Below, in pieces: positions 30,318 to 40,505 of a stretch of 64,000 nt of DNA. Each line of letters opens with the position of its first letter. The stretch's first letter is position 1. Both the position numbers and the translations under genes were made by a program. Source of the DNA: Alphaproteobacteria bacterium (lineage in GTDB: Bacteria; Pseudomonadota; Alphaproteobacteria; CADEGL01); the NCBI GenBank assembly GCA_046349515.1, contig JAXMCE010000012.1, positions 13,662-77,661 of the forward strand. The letters run 5' to 3'. The notes under the pieces were generated by a model, which had not been told where the DNA came from, made no database searches, and saw nothing but the letters and a program-made list of their open reading frames with translations.

Positions 30318-31214
30318 ATGAACGAGCAGACGCTGCAGCCTTGGCAATGGTCGGAATCCCACTGGCGCGCGATCGTCAACCGCGTGCGTGCGGGAAAGCG
30401 CCTCAGGCCCAAGGTTTGGAAGGACAGGGCGCGTTGCGCGGTCGCCCTCTCCTTCGATTCCGACCATGAGACCAACGAGCTTCGCGATGGCGGACGGTCG
30501 ATCGGCCGGCTCGGCTGGGGCGAGTATGGCGCTCGCGTCGGCGTGCCGCGCATCCTCGGCGTGCTGGAAAAGCACGGCGTCAAGGCCTCGTTCTACGTGC
30601 CGGCCGTGGCGGCTCTTCTCCACCCGGAGGAGCAGAAGCGCGTCGTCGGCGAGGGGCACGAGATCGGCGTGCACGGCTGGATTCACGAACTCAATTCCGT
30701 CCTGCCCCGCGAAGCGGAGCGCGATCTCATGATGCGCTCGGCCGATACGCTCGAGCGGGTGTCGGGCGCTCGGCCGGTCGGTGTGCGCACGCCGTCTTGG
30801 GACTTCAGCCCGGACACGCTGGCCATCGAAAAGGAGATGGGCATCCTCTACGACTCGTCCCTCATGGCGGACGAGGATTGCTACGAGCTCCTGCTCGACG
30901 GCGAGCCGACGGGGATCGTCGAATTGCCGGTCGAGTGGATCCGTGACGATGCGCCCTACTTCATGATGAACCGCGCAGGCGCCCAGCGCCCTTACACCTC
31001 GCCGGCCGATGTCTTCGACATTTTCCGCCGCGAGTTCGACGCGGCCTATGACGAGGGCGGGCTCTTTCAACTGACCATGCATCCGCATGTCATCGGCTAT
31101 CGCTCGCGCATCTGGATTCTCGAGGAGCTCATCCGGCACGCGAAGGCGCGAGGCGGGGTCTGGTTCGCGACCCATGCGGACGTCGTTCGCTGGGCCAAGG
31201 CCCACACGGCCTAG
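30318..31214 (+). CDS. polysaccharide deacetylase (NodB-homology, carbohydrate esterase 4-like) family protein
   Basis: LSFDSDHE (Asp-Asp metal motif region), HGWIH His motif, C-terminal region. Start at MNEQTLQPW; the longer ORF N-terminus is low-complexity. Confidence 0.7.
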   Translation: MNEQTLQPWQWSESHWRAIVNRVRAGKRLRPKVWKDRARCAVALSFDSDHETNELRDGGRSIGRLGWGEYGARVGVPRILGVLEKHGVKASFYVPAVAALLHPEEQKRVVGEGHEIGVHGWIHELNSVLPREAERDLMMRSADTLERVSGARPVGVRTPSWDFSPDTLAIEKEMGILYDSSLMADEDCYELLLDGEPTGIVELPVEWIRDDAPYFMMNRAGAQRPYTSPADVFDIFRREFDAAYDEGGLFQLTMHPHVIGYRSRIWILEELIRHAKARGGVWFATHADVVRWAKAHTA

Positions 31215-31240
31215 GACGGGCGATCGCAATCGGGGACACC

Positions 31241-32527
31241 ATGGACGATAAAGCGGACGTCATCATCATTGGAGGCGGGATCGTGGGCTGCGCGGCGGCC
31301 TACTATCTTGCGAAGCGCGGGGTGCGGCCGGTCCTTTTCGAGAAGGGCCGCATCGCGGGCGAGCAGTCGAGCCGCAATTGGGGCTTCGTCCGCCAGCAGG
31401 GGCGCGATCCCGCCGAGATACCTCTCATGATGGCCAGCAATCGCATCTGGCAGGGCCTCGAAAAGGACATCGAAGCCGATCTCGACTGGACGCAGGAAGG
31501 CAATCTCGTCGCGGCCGAAACCAAGGAGCGATTGGGCGAATTCGAAGAATGGCTCGAGATCGCCAAGCTTCATCAGCTCGATTCGCGGATCGTGACGCCC
31601 AGGGAGATTGAGCGGCTCATCCCCGGCATACGGCCGAATGCGGTGGGCGCGCTCTACACACCGAGCGACGGCCATGCGGAGCCTGAAAAGGCGGCGCCGG
31701 CGATCGCGCGCGCGGCCGAGCGTCTTGGCGCCGTCGTGCACGCGAATTGCGCGGTGCTGGGCATCGAGCGGAGCGGGGGAGCCGTCTCCGGCGTCGTAAC
31801 GGAGCGGGGCGCGGTGCGCGCAGGCGCGGTCGTTTGCGCGTCGGGGGCTTGGGCGAGCCGGCTTCTCCGAACGATCGGCGTCAACCTGCCGCAGCTTTGG
31901 ATGCGGGGGACGGTTGCGCGGACCGCGCCTGTTCCGCGTACGGTCTCGAAGATGGGTGTGTGGTCGGGTGTCGCGTTCAGGCAGCGGCGTGACGGCTCGC
32001 TCAACATTGCGGCCGGCACGACGGCGGACCATGACGTCATGCTCGATTCGCTGCTCCAGGCGCCTGCCTTTCTCTCCGCCTTCAGGAAGCACAGCAGCTA
32101 CCTGAAGCTGCACTTCAACAAGGCGCTTACCCAGCATTTCGCGGGCCGGTTTTCGCAGGCAGCCTTCGAGCGGGAGCTTTTGCGCTTCCGGACGCTCGAC
32201 CCCCCGGCCAATCCCCGCTTGGTCGCCGAGGCCACGGCGAAGCTGCGCTACGCCTTTCCCGACCTCGCATCCGTTCCCATCGCGAAGACATGGGCGGGCT
32301 ATATCGATTTCACACCCGACCTTATCCCCGTCATCGACCGCTTGGACGACCCGCGCGGCCTCGTCATCGCCACGGGTTTGAGCGGCCACGGTTTCGGCAT
32401 GGGCCCGATCATGGGCAAGCTCGTGAGCGAACTCGTGATCGACGGCAAGCCGTCCCTCGACCTCCATGCCTTGCGCCTCGCCCGCTTTTCTGACGGAACG
32501 AAGATCGAATCGCGCAATGTCATCTGA
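31241..32527 (+). CDS. FAD-dependent oxidoreductase (DAO family; D-amino acid dehydrogenase/sarcosine-oxidase-beta-like)
   Basis: DVIIIGGGIVGCAAAYYLAKRG GxGxxG motif, C-terminal GLSGHGFGMGP. Confidence 0.8.
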   Translation: MDDKADVIIIGGGIVGCAAAYYLAKRGVRPVLFEKGRIAGEQSSRNWGFVRQQGRDPAEIPLMMASNRIWQGLEKDIEADLDWTQEGNLVAAETKERLGEFEEWLEIAKLHQLDSRIVTPREIERLIPGIRPNAVGALYTPSDGHAEPEKAAPAIARAAERLGAVVHANCAVLGIERSGGAVSGVVTERGAVRAGAVVCASGAWASRLLRTIGVNLPQLWMRGTVARTAPVPRTVSKMGVWSGVAFRQRRDGSLNIAAGTTADHDVMLDSLLQAPAFLSAFRKHSSYLKLHFNKALTQHFAGRFSQAAFERELLRFRTLDPPANPRLVAEATAKLRYAFPDLASVPIAKTWAGYIDFTPDLIPVIDRLDDPRGLVIATGLSGHGFGMGPIMGKLVSELVIDGKPSLDLHALRLARFSDGTKIESRNVI

Positions 32528-32545
32528 ACCCGGTCGAACCTCGCC

Positions 32546-33109
32546 ATGAGGCTGCCTATCTTCATCGTCGGCGCGCTTATCGCTGTGCTGACCCTTTCAT
32601 CGACCCAGGCCGGCAGCCGCGTCGAGCCGCCGACGGGCTTTCTCCAGTTCTCGACCCCAAGAGCCATTCCCGACATCCGCTTCGAGGATGCCGAAGGCCG
32701 CACCATCAGCCTCACGCAGTTTCGCGGCCGATTGATTCTCGTGAACCTCTGGGCGACATGGTGCGAGCCGTGCCGGCGCGAAATGCCGTCTCTCGACCGG
32801 TTGCAGGCGATGCTTGGCGGCCCGGCCTTCGAGGTCGTGGCCATCTCGCTCGACTACCGTGATTTCGCGAAGGCGCGGGCCTTCTATCGTGACGTGGGCA
32901 TTCGCTCGCTAGGCCTTTATCTCGATTCGCCAAAGCGCCTCATGGCCGATCTCTCGCCCCGGGCCTTGCCGACCACTCTCCTTATCGATGCCGAAGGCCA
33001 CGAACGCGGCTGGCAGACAGGGCCGACGGAATGGGACAGCCCCGCCATGGTGGCCTTTCTCAAGGATCAGATCGCGCAAGCGCAGAAACGTCCGGCCGTC
33101 AGGCCCTGA
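32546..33109 (+). CDS. TlpA-like periplasmic thiol:disulfide oxidoreductase
   Basis: Signal peptide, thioredoxin fold with WATWCEPCRREMP active site. Confidence 0.8.
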   Translation: MRLPIFIVGALIAVLTLSSTQAGSRVEPPTGFLQFSTPRAIPDIRFEDAEGRTISLTQFRGRLILVNLWATWCEPCRREMPSLDRLQAMLGGPAFEVVAISLDYRDFAKARAFYRDVGIRSLGLYLDSPKRLMADLSPRALPTTLLIDAEGHERGWQTGPTEWDSPAMVAFLKDQIAQAQKRPAVRP

Positions 33110-33112
33110 TGT

Positions 33113-33619
33113 TCACGGTGCGCGGCCCATCTTGAGGGCGTGGACCGCTCCCTGATTGTTCGCGCGTTCGGCCAACTCCAAAGCCGTTTCATATTCATCG
33201 ATACGTGTACGAGTCGATGGGTCGGCTCCCCCATCGAGTAGGATCGCGATCGCCTCGGGCTCGTCCAGACTGGCGGCGTAGTGGAGCGGGGTGAAGTCGT
33301 TGACGCCGCGCTGCTGGACATCGGCGCCATGCGAGAGGAGCAGGCGGAGGATGGCGGGCTTGTCGGCCCGTTCGGTCGAGAGAGCCGCGATCAGGGAAGG
33401 AAAACCCGCAGGATCGTCATAGTTCGGGTCGGCCCCGAGGTCCAGCAGCGCCCGGATGAACGAAAATGGACTCCAATATATGGCGTATTCGAGGACGTTC
33501 GGGCCCACGTCCGCAGGGCCAGGGCAGTTTGGAAAGTCAGGTGGGTCGCCAAGGAGCGCCTTCAGGCCATCCAGGTCCCCACGCAAGTAAGCATCGTGGA
33601 TTGCGGACGTATCGGGCAT
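33113..33619 (-). CDS. ankyrin-repeat protein
   Basis: Three to four ANK repeats (LLDLGADPNYDD, LLLSHGADVQQRGVNDFTPLHYAA, AILLDGGADPST). Confidence 0.7.
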   Translation of the reverse strand: MPDTSAIHDAYLRGDLDGLKALLGDPPDFPNCPGPADVGPNVLEYAIYWSPFSFIRALLDLGADPNYDDPAGFPSLIAALSTERADKPAILRLLLSHGADVQQRGVNDFTPLHYAASLDEPEAIAILLDGGADPSTRTRIDEYETALELAERANNQGAVHALKMGRAP

Positions 33620-33746
33620 GATTTATGTCATCGCAGGGCCCCAAAGGACCGCCATTCTAAAGTGATTGCAAAATGCATCGCCTCCGACGGTGAGGCGGTG
33701 ACGTGTCGGGCGTCATGGGCCCGATTCCGCATAACGGAGGACTGGC

Positions 33747-34550
33747 ATGGCGATCAAGGACGTAATGTTGCTGCTGACCGATGCGGGAGATTCCAATCGG
33801 CTCTTGCCGCTTGCAACGAAAATCGTTCGAGACGCAGGCGCATCCTTGACGGCGGTTTATATCACAGACTTGGGTGAGGAAGAACTGCCGACCCAATTGG
33901 AGCTCACGCGGACGAGCGTGACCGACCGGCTCGAGGAAGCGAAGCTCGCCCATTCATGGCGGGAAGTCTCGGGTAGCTCGCCGGACATCTTGGTGCGGAC
34001 GGCCCGCTGCTTCGACCTCATCATCGGCTCGCAGCCCGACCTCGTCGGCGGGACGCGGCGGAAGCGCAACATACCCGAGGACATCGTGGTCGGCGCTGGC
34101 CGGCCGGTCCTCCTCGTGCCGCGCTCGGGCGAGTTCCACTCGACGGGATCGCGGGCCCTCATCGCATGGGACGGCTCGCGCGAAGCAGCGCGTGCCCTGC
34201 ACGACGCCGTTCCGCTCCTCATGCAGACGAAGGAGACCGCGATCTACCGAGTCAATCCACGGCCCGAGGATGAGACTGTCGATTCCGATATCATCGGCCA
34301 CCTGAAGCTCATGGGTATCACCGCGACGCGCCACACGACACGCGCCGGACGCCCGCCGAACGAGACGGCGGTGATGGGTCCGCGCGGCCTCGATGTGGGC
34401 GACGTTCTCTTGTCGGCCAGCGCCGATTTTGGCGCCGATCTTCTGGTGATGGGCGCCTATCATCATTCGCGCGCGCGAGAGGCCGTGCTTGGCGGCGTCA
34501 CTCACCATGTCTTTCAGCACATGACCGTGCCGGTGTTGATGTCGCATTGA
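33747..34550 (+). CDS. universal stress protein (tandem UspA domains)
   Basis: 267 aa; two Usp-like halves; C-terminal ATP-binding-type motif (GADLLVMGAYHHSRAREAVLGGVTHHV). Confidence 0.75.
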   Translation: MAIKDVMLLLTDAGDSNRLLPLATKIVRDAGASLTAVYITDLGEEELPTQLELTRTSVTDRLEEAKLAHSWREVSGSSPDILVRTARCFDLIIGSQPDLVGGTRRKRNIPEDIVVGAGRPVLLVPRSGEFHSTGSRALIAWDGSREAARALHDAVPLLMQTKETAIYRVNPRPEDETVDSDIIGHLKLMGITATRHTTRAGRPPNETAVMGPRGLDVGDVLLSASADFGADLLVMGAYHHSRAREAVLGGVTHHVFQHMTVPVLMSH

Positions 34551-34579
34551 CGCGCCAATGCGCGCGCGGAGGCGCTGCC

Positions 34580-35326
34580 TCATCGCGCGTCGTGAAAGAT
34601 GATCCCGAGCGCGTGGCGGTGACCGGAGCGCAGCCGGCTCACGCCGTGGCGGAAATTGACGCGGTAGATGCCGCGGCGGCCCTGGACGGGCCGGTGGCGG
34701 ACGGCGAAGACCACCGCTTCGCCTCGGACCAACGGAACGACCTCGGCGCGCGACTGCATGCGCGGCCGCTGTTCGGTCAGGATGAACTCCCCGCCCGTGA
34801 AGTCGACACCCGGCTCCGCCAGAAGGACCGTCGCTTGGAGCGGAAAGACGTGCTCTCCGTAGAGGTCCTGGTGCAGGCAGTTGTAGTCGCCTGCGCCGTA
34901 GCGGAGGAGGAGCGGTGTCGGCCTTGTCTGGCCCGAAGCGTGGCAACGATCGAGGAACGCCGCGAGCGTCGGCGGATAGCACGGAGCGAGGCCCAAGGAG
35001 ACGTTCCAGCGGTTGGCAACCGCGGCAAGCGCCGGATAGAGGGCGGCTCGAAGGGCGGCGACCATGTCCGGGAGGGGATAGGCGAAATACTGGTATTCAC
35101 CTTGTCCGAAGCCATGTCGCGCCATGACGACGCGGCTGCGGAACCGCGCCTCCGAATCGTACATCGCCGCGAGGGCCGCGCACTCGTCGGCCGGGAGAAG
35201 CGGACCGGTCACGGCGAAGCCGCGTGCGTCGAGGGCGGTCGTGAGCCGGCTCCAGTCGAGACCTCGCACTCTCTCGGCGATGGAAGTCAGCCTCGCTTGG
35301 GACGATGTCTCCTGGGCCGTACGCAT
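34580..35326 (-). CDS. putative 2-oxoglutarate/Fe(II)-dependent oxygenase superfamily protein
   Basis: HQDLYGE (HxD-like) and distal His/Arg (RHGVSRLRSGHR) in a ~250 aa protein. Weak; assignment by motif pattern only. Confidence 0.45.
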   Translation of the reverse strand: MRTAQETSSQARLTSIAERVRGLDWSRLTTALDARGFAVTGPLLPADECAALAAMYDSEARFRSRVVMARHGFGQGEYQYFAYPLPDMVAALRAALYPALAAVANRWNVSLGLAPCYPPTLAAFLDRCHASGQTRPTPLLLRYGAGDYNCLHQDLYGEHVFPLQATVLLAEPGVDFTGGEFILTEQRPRMQSRAEVVPLVRGEAVVFAVRHRPVQGRRGIYRVNFRHGVSRLRSGHRHALGIIFHDAR

Positions 35327-35465
35327 CTCTACAGGCTCCTCGAATCGATACGGGAAGCATCCTCTCACGTTCCCGAACGATAGGAGTGCGGTCGGCTCGG
35401 CGTCACTCCGTTCCTTGCGCCCGAACTGCCGCCAGCGCGTCGCGCGTCCGTGGTCCGGACGCTCG

Positions 35466-36635
35466 TTACGATTTCACGTAAAGCGGGCGAGGAACGTTCG
35501 CTAGCGGCGCGGCGCCGCTGTCGGTGATGCGGATCGTCTCGCTCACCGAGAACCCCCAATCCTCCATCCACATGCCGAGGAAGAGGTGGAACGTCATGTT
35601 GGGCTCGAGGACGGTCTTATCGCCGGGGCGGAAGCTAGCCGTCCGCTCGCCCCAATCCGGCGGATAGCCGATCCCCACGGGGTACGCGATGCGGGATTCC
35701 TTGGTGAGCCCGTGGCGCGCGATGCTCGCCCGCCAGACGGCTTCGACGGCCTCGCATGTCGTGCCCGGCTTCGCCGCCGCAAGCGTCGCGTCCATGCCTT
35801 CGAGCACGATCGCGTTCATGTCGACGAGCTTCTGCGGCGGCTTGCCCAGGTGCATCGTCCGCGCCATGGGCGAGTGGTAGCGCGCGCGAACGCCGGAGGC
35901 CTGGAGACTCACCGTCTCATTGTCGGTGAAACGCCGGTTCGTCCAGGTGAGATGGGTCGTCGCCGATTGTGGGCCGCTCGCGAAAAAGGGGATCGAGGCG
36001 GGATAGTCGCCGGCAAATTCGGACGTGCCCATGGTCTGCACCTTGTGGATTTCGGCCGAAACGTCGCATTCGCGCACGCCCGGCCGCACGCCGTCGAAGA
36101 AGGTCGCCATGATGCGTTCGGTCAGGCGCGATGCGTCGCCCATATAGGCGATCTCGGCCGGAGACTTGACGAGGCGGAGCCGGTTGACCAGGAGATCGCA
36201 GTCGGCGAACCGGGCATTGGGCAAGGCCGAGATGAGGGCATCGCGCGAGTGGGTCGTGAATTGCTGGCAGTCGCGGGTGATGCCGATCGACTTTTTCGAC
36301 CACCCGCGCCGCTCGATCTCGGCGGCAAAAAACTGCATCGGATGGCGGTCCGCGCGTTCGAACAGATCCTCCGGATAGGCCAGGATGTTCTCGCGTTCCA
36401 AGAATGTGGTAAGGCGCGCACCGTTGAGGTCGAGGCCCCGGCCGATCCATAGCGGCTCCGCCTCGTCGAGCGGCAGGATGACGGCCTGCGGGATGTAGAA
36501 GCTCCACCCGTCATAGCCCGTGAGGTAGTACATGTTGGCGGGATCGCATTCGATGAGGACGTCGATGCCTTGGCGCGCCATGCTCGCACGGGCCTTGGCG
36601 ATCCGGCCCTCGTACTCCGCCCGCTCGAAGATCAT
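35466..36635 (-). CDS. M24 family metallopeptidase/hydrolase (creatinase/ectoine-hydrolase/Xaa-Pro-peptidase-like)
   Basis: N-terminal creatinase_N-like domain (DVLIECDPANMYYLTGY) and C-terminal pita-bread domain with metal-ligand spacing. Confidence 0.8.
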   Translation of the reverse strand: MIFERAEYEGRIAKARASMARQGIDVLIECDPANMYYLTGYDGWSFYIPQAVILPLDEAEPLWIGRGLDLNGARLTTFLERENILAYPEDLFERADRHPMQFFAAEIERRGWSKKSIGITRDCQQFTTHSRDALISALPNARFADCDLLVNRLRLVKSPAEIAYMGDASRLTERIMATFFDGVRPGVRECDVSAEIHKVQTMGTSEFAGDYPASIPFFASGPQSATTHLTWTNRRFTDNETVSLQASGVRARYHSPMARTMHLGKPPQKLVDMNAIVLEGMDATLAAAKPGTTCEAVEAVWRASIARHGLTKESRIAYPVGIGYPPDWGERTASFRPGDKTVLEPNMTFHLFLGMWMEDWGFSVSETIRITDSGAAPLANVPRPLYVKS

Positions 36636-36785
36636 GGCATGCCTCCTCGTGGTCCGCGGCCGCGATCATAGGCCGCTTCACCCGGCCATGTGACCCGTGC
36701 CCTAGGCAAAGGCCGCGCCCGCGGTCAAACTGAAGGAAAGTGGGCGCACATCCAAGCCCCATCGTCGCAACGGCGGGAGGACGAC

Positions 36786-37928
36786 ATGGCCAAGAACGGG
36801 CAGCGCTTCATCGATCCGGATCTGCACGTCTACGAGCCCAAGGATCTCTGGCAGCGCTACATCGAACCCAAGTACCGCGATCAGGCGCCGGTCGGCACGG
36901 ACAACTTCTTTCTCGACCAGAACGTCATGCATGACGGCAAGTACATCTGCCGCGGGGCGCTACCGACGCTCGTCGAAGACCTTGTCCATGACAGCCTCGC
37001 CCATCACCAGCGCGTCGCGCAGTTCAAGGACTTCGTCGCGCGCGGATTCGGACCCGACGTGCAGATCGCCGCCATGGATGCCGAGGGGATCGACAAGGCG
37101 GTCATGTTCCCGACGCGCGGATTCTACGCGCTTGGGAAGGAGTATGACGATGATGGCCTCGCCGCCGCGATCGCGCGCGCCTACAACGACTGGATGGCCG
37201 AATTCTGCAGCAAGGACCCGAGCCGCATGTTCGGCGTGGGCCTCATCGCGCCGCAAAGCGTCGAGCTTGCGATCGAGGAAGTGAAGCGCATGAAGCGCGA
37301 TCTCGGCTTCAAGGGCGTCTATCTCCGTCCCAATCCCGTCCGGCGGCGGAACTGGAACAACCCGGCCTATGACCCGCTTTGGCGCGAGATCGAGAAGCAG
37401 GGCCTGCCGATCGCCTTCCACGAGGGTTGGCCGCACCTATTGCCGGTCGCGGCCGGCGATCGCTTCGACGGCCGCTTCGAGGATCTGTGGCTGACCGAAC
37501 ACGTCCTCTGCCATCCGGTCGAGATGATGTATGCGGTGACGTGCATGATCATGGGCGGCGTGCTCGAGCGTTTCCCCGGCCTCAAGGTCGCGTTCCTCGA
37601 AGCCAATTGCAGCTGGGCGCCGTATCTCTTGTGGCGCATGGACGAGCATTTCGAGCATCGGGAGAGTTTCGTGAAGAAGCGCTTCTCCAAGACGCCGAGC
37701 GAATACTTCCGCCGCCAATGTTTCGTCGCGATCGAGGCCGACGAGCAGTTGGGCGTCAAGGCGGCTGAGGCGATCGGAACCGATACGGTCGTCTTCTCGA
37801 CCGACTTCCCGCATGAGGACAGCCGCTGGCCGCGTGCGAAGGAGGCCTTCTTGAAGCTGCCCTTCGATGCGGCCGCCCAGGCGAAGATCCTCTGGGACAA
37901 TCCGGCGCGGCTCTACGGCATCGGTTGA
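36786..37928 (+). CDS. amidohydrolase-2 family protein (ACMSD/metal-dependent hydrolase-decarboxylase-like)
   Basis: IDPDLHVYEP (HxH-like metal site), AFHEGW, FSTDFPHED C-terminal Asp; TIM-barrel amidohydrolase_2 pattern. Confidence 0.75.
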   Translation: MAKNGQRFIDPDLHVYEPKDLWQRYIEPKYRDQAPVGTDNFFLDQNVMHDGKYICRGALPTLVEDLVHDSLAHHQRVAQFKDFVARGFGPDVQIAAMDAEGIDKAVMFPTRGFYALGKEYDDDGLAAAIARAYNDWMAEFCSKDPSRMFGVGLIAPQSVELAIEEVKRMKRDLGFKGVYLRPNPVRRRNWNNPAYDPLWREIEKQGLPIAFHEGWPHLLPVAAGDRFDGRFEDLWLTEHVLCHPVEMMYAVTCMIMGGVLERFPGLKVAFLEANCSWAPYLLWRMDEHFEHRESFVKKRFSKTPSEYFRRQCFVAIEADEQLGVKAAEAIGTDTVVFSTDFPHEDSRWPRAKEAFLKLPFDAAAQAKILWDNPARLYGIG

Positions 37929-37952
37929 AAGCCGATTCGGCGATCCGCCGGA

Positions 37953-39113
37953 CTAGTCGACCGGCAGGCCCTCGCGCTCCAGGTGCCGGCCGATGATCAT
38001 GTTGTGGATCTGGGTCGTGCCGTCGAAGATCTGTAGTGCCTTGGCGTCCCGCATCATGCGCTCGAGCGGCAGGGCGCGCGCGAGCCCTGCCGCGCCGAAG
38101 ACCTGGATGGCCTCGACGCAGGCCTTCATGCCGATGGTCGTTGCCGCGTTCTTCGCGATCGAGCAAAGCGTGCTGACCCGCCGCGAGCGGCCACGCTCAT
38201 GTTCGTCGAGCGCATGGAGCCAGGCCGCCCGCGCCGTCGTGTAGTCGGTCGCGAGCTCGGCCAGCAGGAACTGCAGGCCCTGGTGCTGGATGATGGGCTT
38301 GCCGAAGGCCTTCCGCTCCTTGGCGTAGGCGACGGCCTCGCTGATGGCCCGGTGCGCGATGCCGAGCGCGACGGCCGAGGTGTTAAGGCGATCCTCGTCG
38401 AGCGAGGCCATGGCCAGGCGGAACCCATCCCCTTCGGCGCCGAGACGATCCGATTCGGGCACCTTGACGCTCTCGAGGCGCAGTTGCGTCGTGGGGCAGC
38501 CGCGCACGCTAATGACGTCCTCATCGCGGACGACAGAGAAGCCGGGCGCGCCTTTTCGCAGAAGGAAGGCGCTGACGCCCTTGGGACCGGTCTCGGGATC
38601 GGTCTTGGCGAAGACCGTGAAGATGTCACCGACGGAGCCGTTCGAGCACCACATCTTGGTGCCGTCGAGGACGTATCCGCCTCCCTCGCGCCGGGCGCGC
38701 GTGGTGATGCCGGCGAGGTCCGAGCCGGCGCCTGGCTCCGACATGGCGACGCAGGCCTTGAACTCGCCGCTCGCCACCTTGGGCATGATGGCGGCCAACT
38801 GGCTCTCGCTCGCGGCGGCCAGGATCGGCGAGATGGCGCCGAGGTTGCAGGAGATGATGAGGGAGACGCTCGCGCTGCTCCGTGCGAGACGCTCAGTCAC
38901 GAGAAGCTGGGTCCGGAGCTTGAGCCCGAGCCCGCCATGCCGCTCCGGCACCCACATGGCGCAAAGCCCCAGGGCCGCCGCCTCGGCGAAGAGGGCGTCG
39001 GGGAACGCGTCGGCCGCATCGATGGCCGCCGCCTGGGGCTCGACGCGCTCGCGCACGAAGCGGTCGACGGTGGCAAGGAACTGGGCTTCCGTCGAATCGT
39101 TGGCGTGTGACAT
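37953..39113 (-). CDS. acyl-CoA dehydrogenase
   Basis: 386 aa; ACAD N, middle (CVAMSEPGAGSD) and C domains; catalytic Glu region near the C-terminus. Confidence 0.85.
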   Translation of the reverse strand: MSHANDSTEAQFLATVDRFVRERVEPQAAAIDAADAFPDALFAEAAALGLCAMWVPERHGGLGLKLRTQLLVTERLARSSASVSLIISCNLGAISPILAAASESQLAAIMPKVASGEFKACVAMSEPGAGSDLAGITTRARREGGGYVLDGTKMWCSNGSVGDIFTVFAKTDPETGPKGVSAFLLRKGAPGFSVVRDEDVISVRGCPTTQLRLESVKVPESDRLGAEGDGFRLAMASLDEDRLNTSAVALGIAHRAISEAVAYAKERKAFGKPIIQHQGLQFLLAELATDYTTARAAWLHALDEHERGRSRRVSTLCSIAKNAATTIGMKACVEAIQVFGAAGLARALPLERMMRDAKALQIFDGTTQIHNMIIGRHLEREGLPVD

Positions 39114-39155
39114 GGCGAGGCTCCGTCGTGAGGGCGTCCGGGCGGTTGATGGAGG

Positions 39156-40505
39156 TCAGCTTTTGAATTGCGCGCGCTCATCGCGCCAACGGCGCGCCTT
39201 GTAGAGGCTGCGCTCGATGCTGCCGGGCTCGAGCACGTCGACCTCGAAACCGATCCCGGCCTTGGCGCGAAGGGCGCGCAGGACGGCCGCAGAGAAACGC
39301 GCTTTGGCTTCGCCCGTCATGGCCGTGGTCGGCATGATCCGCACCGTTGCGATGTCGGAGGCCTTGTCGTCGGTCGAGAGCACGACCTGGTAGTCATCGA
39401 CCTCGGGATAGGTGAAGAGAAGATCGTCGATGGCCTGGGGCCAGACATTGATTCCCTTGATCTTCTTGACGTCATCGAGCCGTCCGACGGAGCCGATCTC
39501 GACGCCGGAGAAGACGCGGCCGCAGAGGCAGCGGCCCGGCGCGCGGAAGACACCTCTGTCGCCCGTGCGAACACGGATCATCGGCGTGTCGGTCCGGTAG
39601 AGGCTCGTGAGGACGATCTCCCCGGCCTCGCCATCCTCGACATGACGGCCCGAGGCCGGATCGATGATTTCGAGCACGATGTCCGGATCGATGTTGTGAA
39701 GCACGCCCGGGCGCTCGCGCGTGCCGATGCCATGCTCGCAGGTGAACATGTGGTCGCACGACATGAACGACAGGCCGAAGCGGTCATAGGCACGGGCGCC
39801 GAACTGTTGCTCGAGCTTCTGGAACCAGGCGATGCTGGCGCCCTCCGCACCCGTCAGCAGGATTTCGATGCCAAGCTCGCGCGCGCGGGCGCCGGCGACG
39901 GCGGCGAGGTGGCCGAAATAGGAGGTCGTGCCGAAAAGAGCGCGGGGCCGGAACCGCTCGATCAGCTTCAATCGCTGGTCGGTGTCGTAGAAGGCCACGG
40001 GGAACATGGACAGGCCGAAATCGACGCCGGCCTGGAACTCGCACCGCCCGCCGGCCAGGAGCGAGACATGCATGGTGAGAAAGGTCCGGTCGGCCCGTCG
40101 CATCCCCGCCCAGGTGAAGTAGTAGCCATTGAGCCGCGAGTGGTTGGCGAAATCCTCGTTGGTCTGGAGGTGGATCTCGACCCCCTGGCCGGAGGTGCCG
40201 CTGCTCGTGCAGGCGATGATCGGGACACCCAAGGACAGCACATGGCGGTGGCGCCGGCCGTAGGGCGGCTCGTCGTTCTGGTCGCGCAAAAGATCCTGCT
40301 TGGTCACGGGTGGCACGCGCGCGCCGAACGTCTCCACGCTGTCGATCCGGTCGATATCGAGTTTCGCCGCCTGCCAATGGTCCTTGAAGAAAGGGTTCGT
40401 GGCCCAGGTCTTCGCGAGAAGTTTCTGGATGCGCTTTGTCTGCAGTCCGCGTAACGCCTCAGGCGGCGCGCGTTCAAGGTCCGGCTGGACAAGGCGATAG
40501 TCCAT
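39156..40505 (-). CDS. phenylacetate-CoA ligase family (PaaK/coenzyme F390 synthetase-like adenylate-forming enzyme)
   Basis: 449 aa; ACTSSGTSGQG P-loop-like motif, YRTGD-like TGDRG region, C-terminal domain typical of PaaK-like ligases. Confidence 0.75.
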   Translation of the reverse strand: MDYRLVQPDLERAPPEALRGLQTKRIQKLLAKTWATNPFFKDHWQAAKLDIDRIDSVETFGARVPPVTKQDLLRDQNDEPPYGRRHRHVLSLGVPIIACTSSGTSGQGVEIHLQTNEDFANHSRLNGYYFTWAGMRRADRTFLTMHVSLLAGGRCEFQAGVDFGLSMFPVAFYDTDQRLKLIERFRPRALFGTTSYFGHLAAVAGARARELGIEILLTGAEGASIAWFQKLEQQFGARAYDRFGLSFMSCDHMFTCEHGIGTRERPGVLHNIDPDIVLEIIDPASGRHVEDGEAGEIVLTSLYRTDTPMIRVRTGDRGVFRAPGRCLCGRVFSGVEIGSVGRLDDVKKIKGINVWPQAIDDLLFTYPEVDDYQVVLSTDDKASDIATVRIMPTTAMTGEAKARFSAAVLRALRAKAGIGFEVDVLEPGSIERSLYKARRWRDERAQFKS

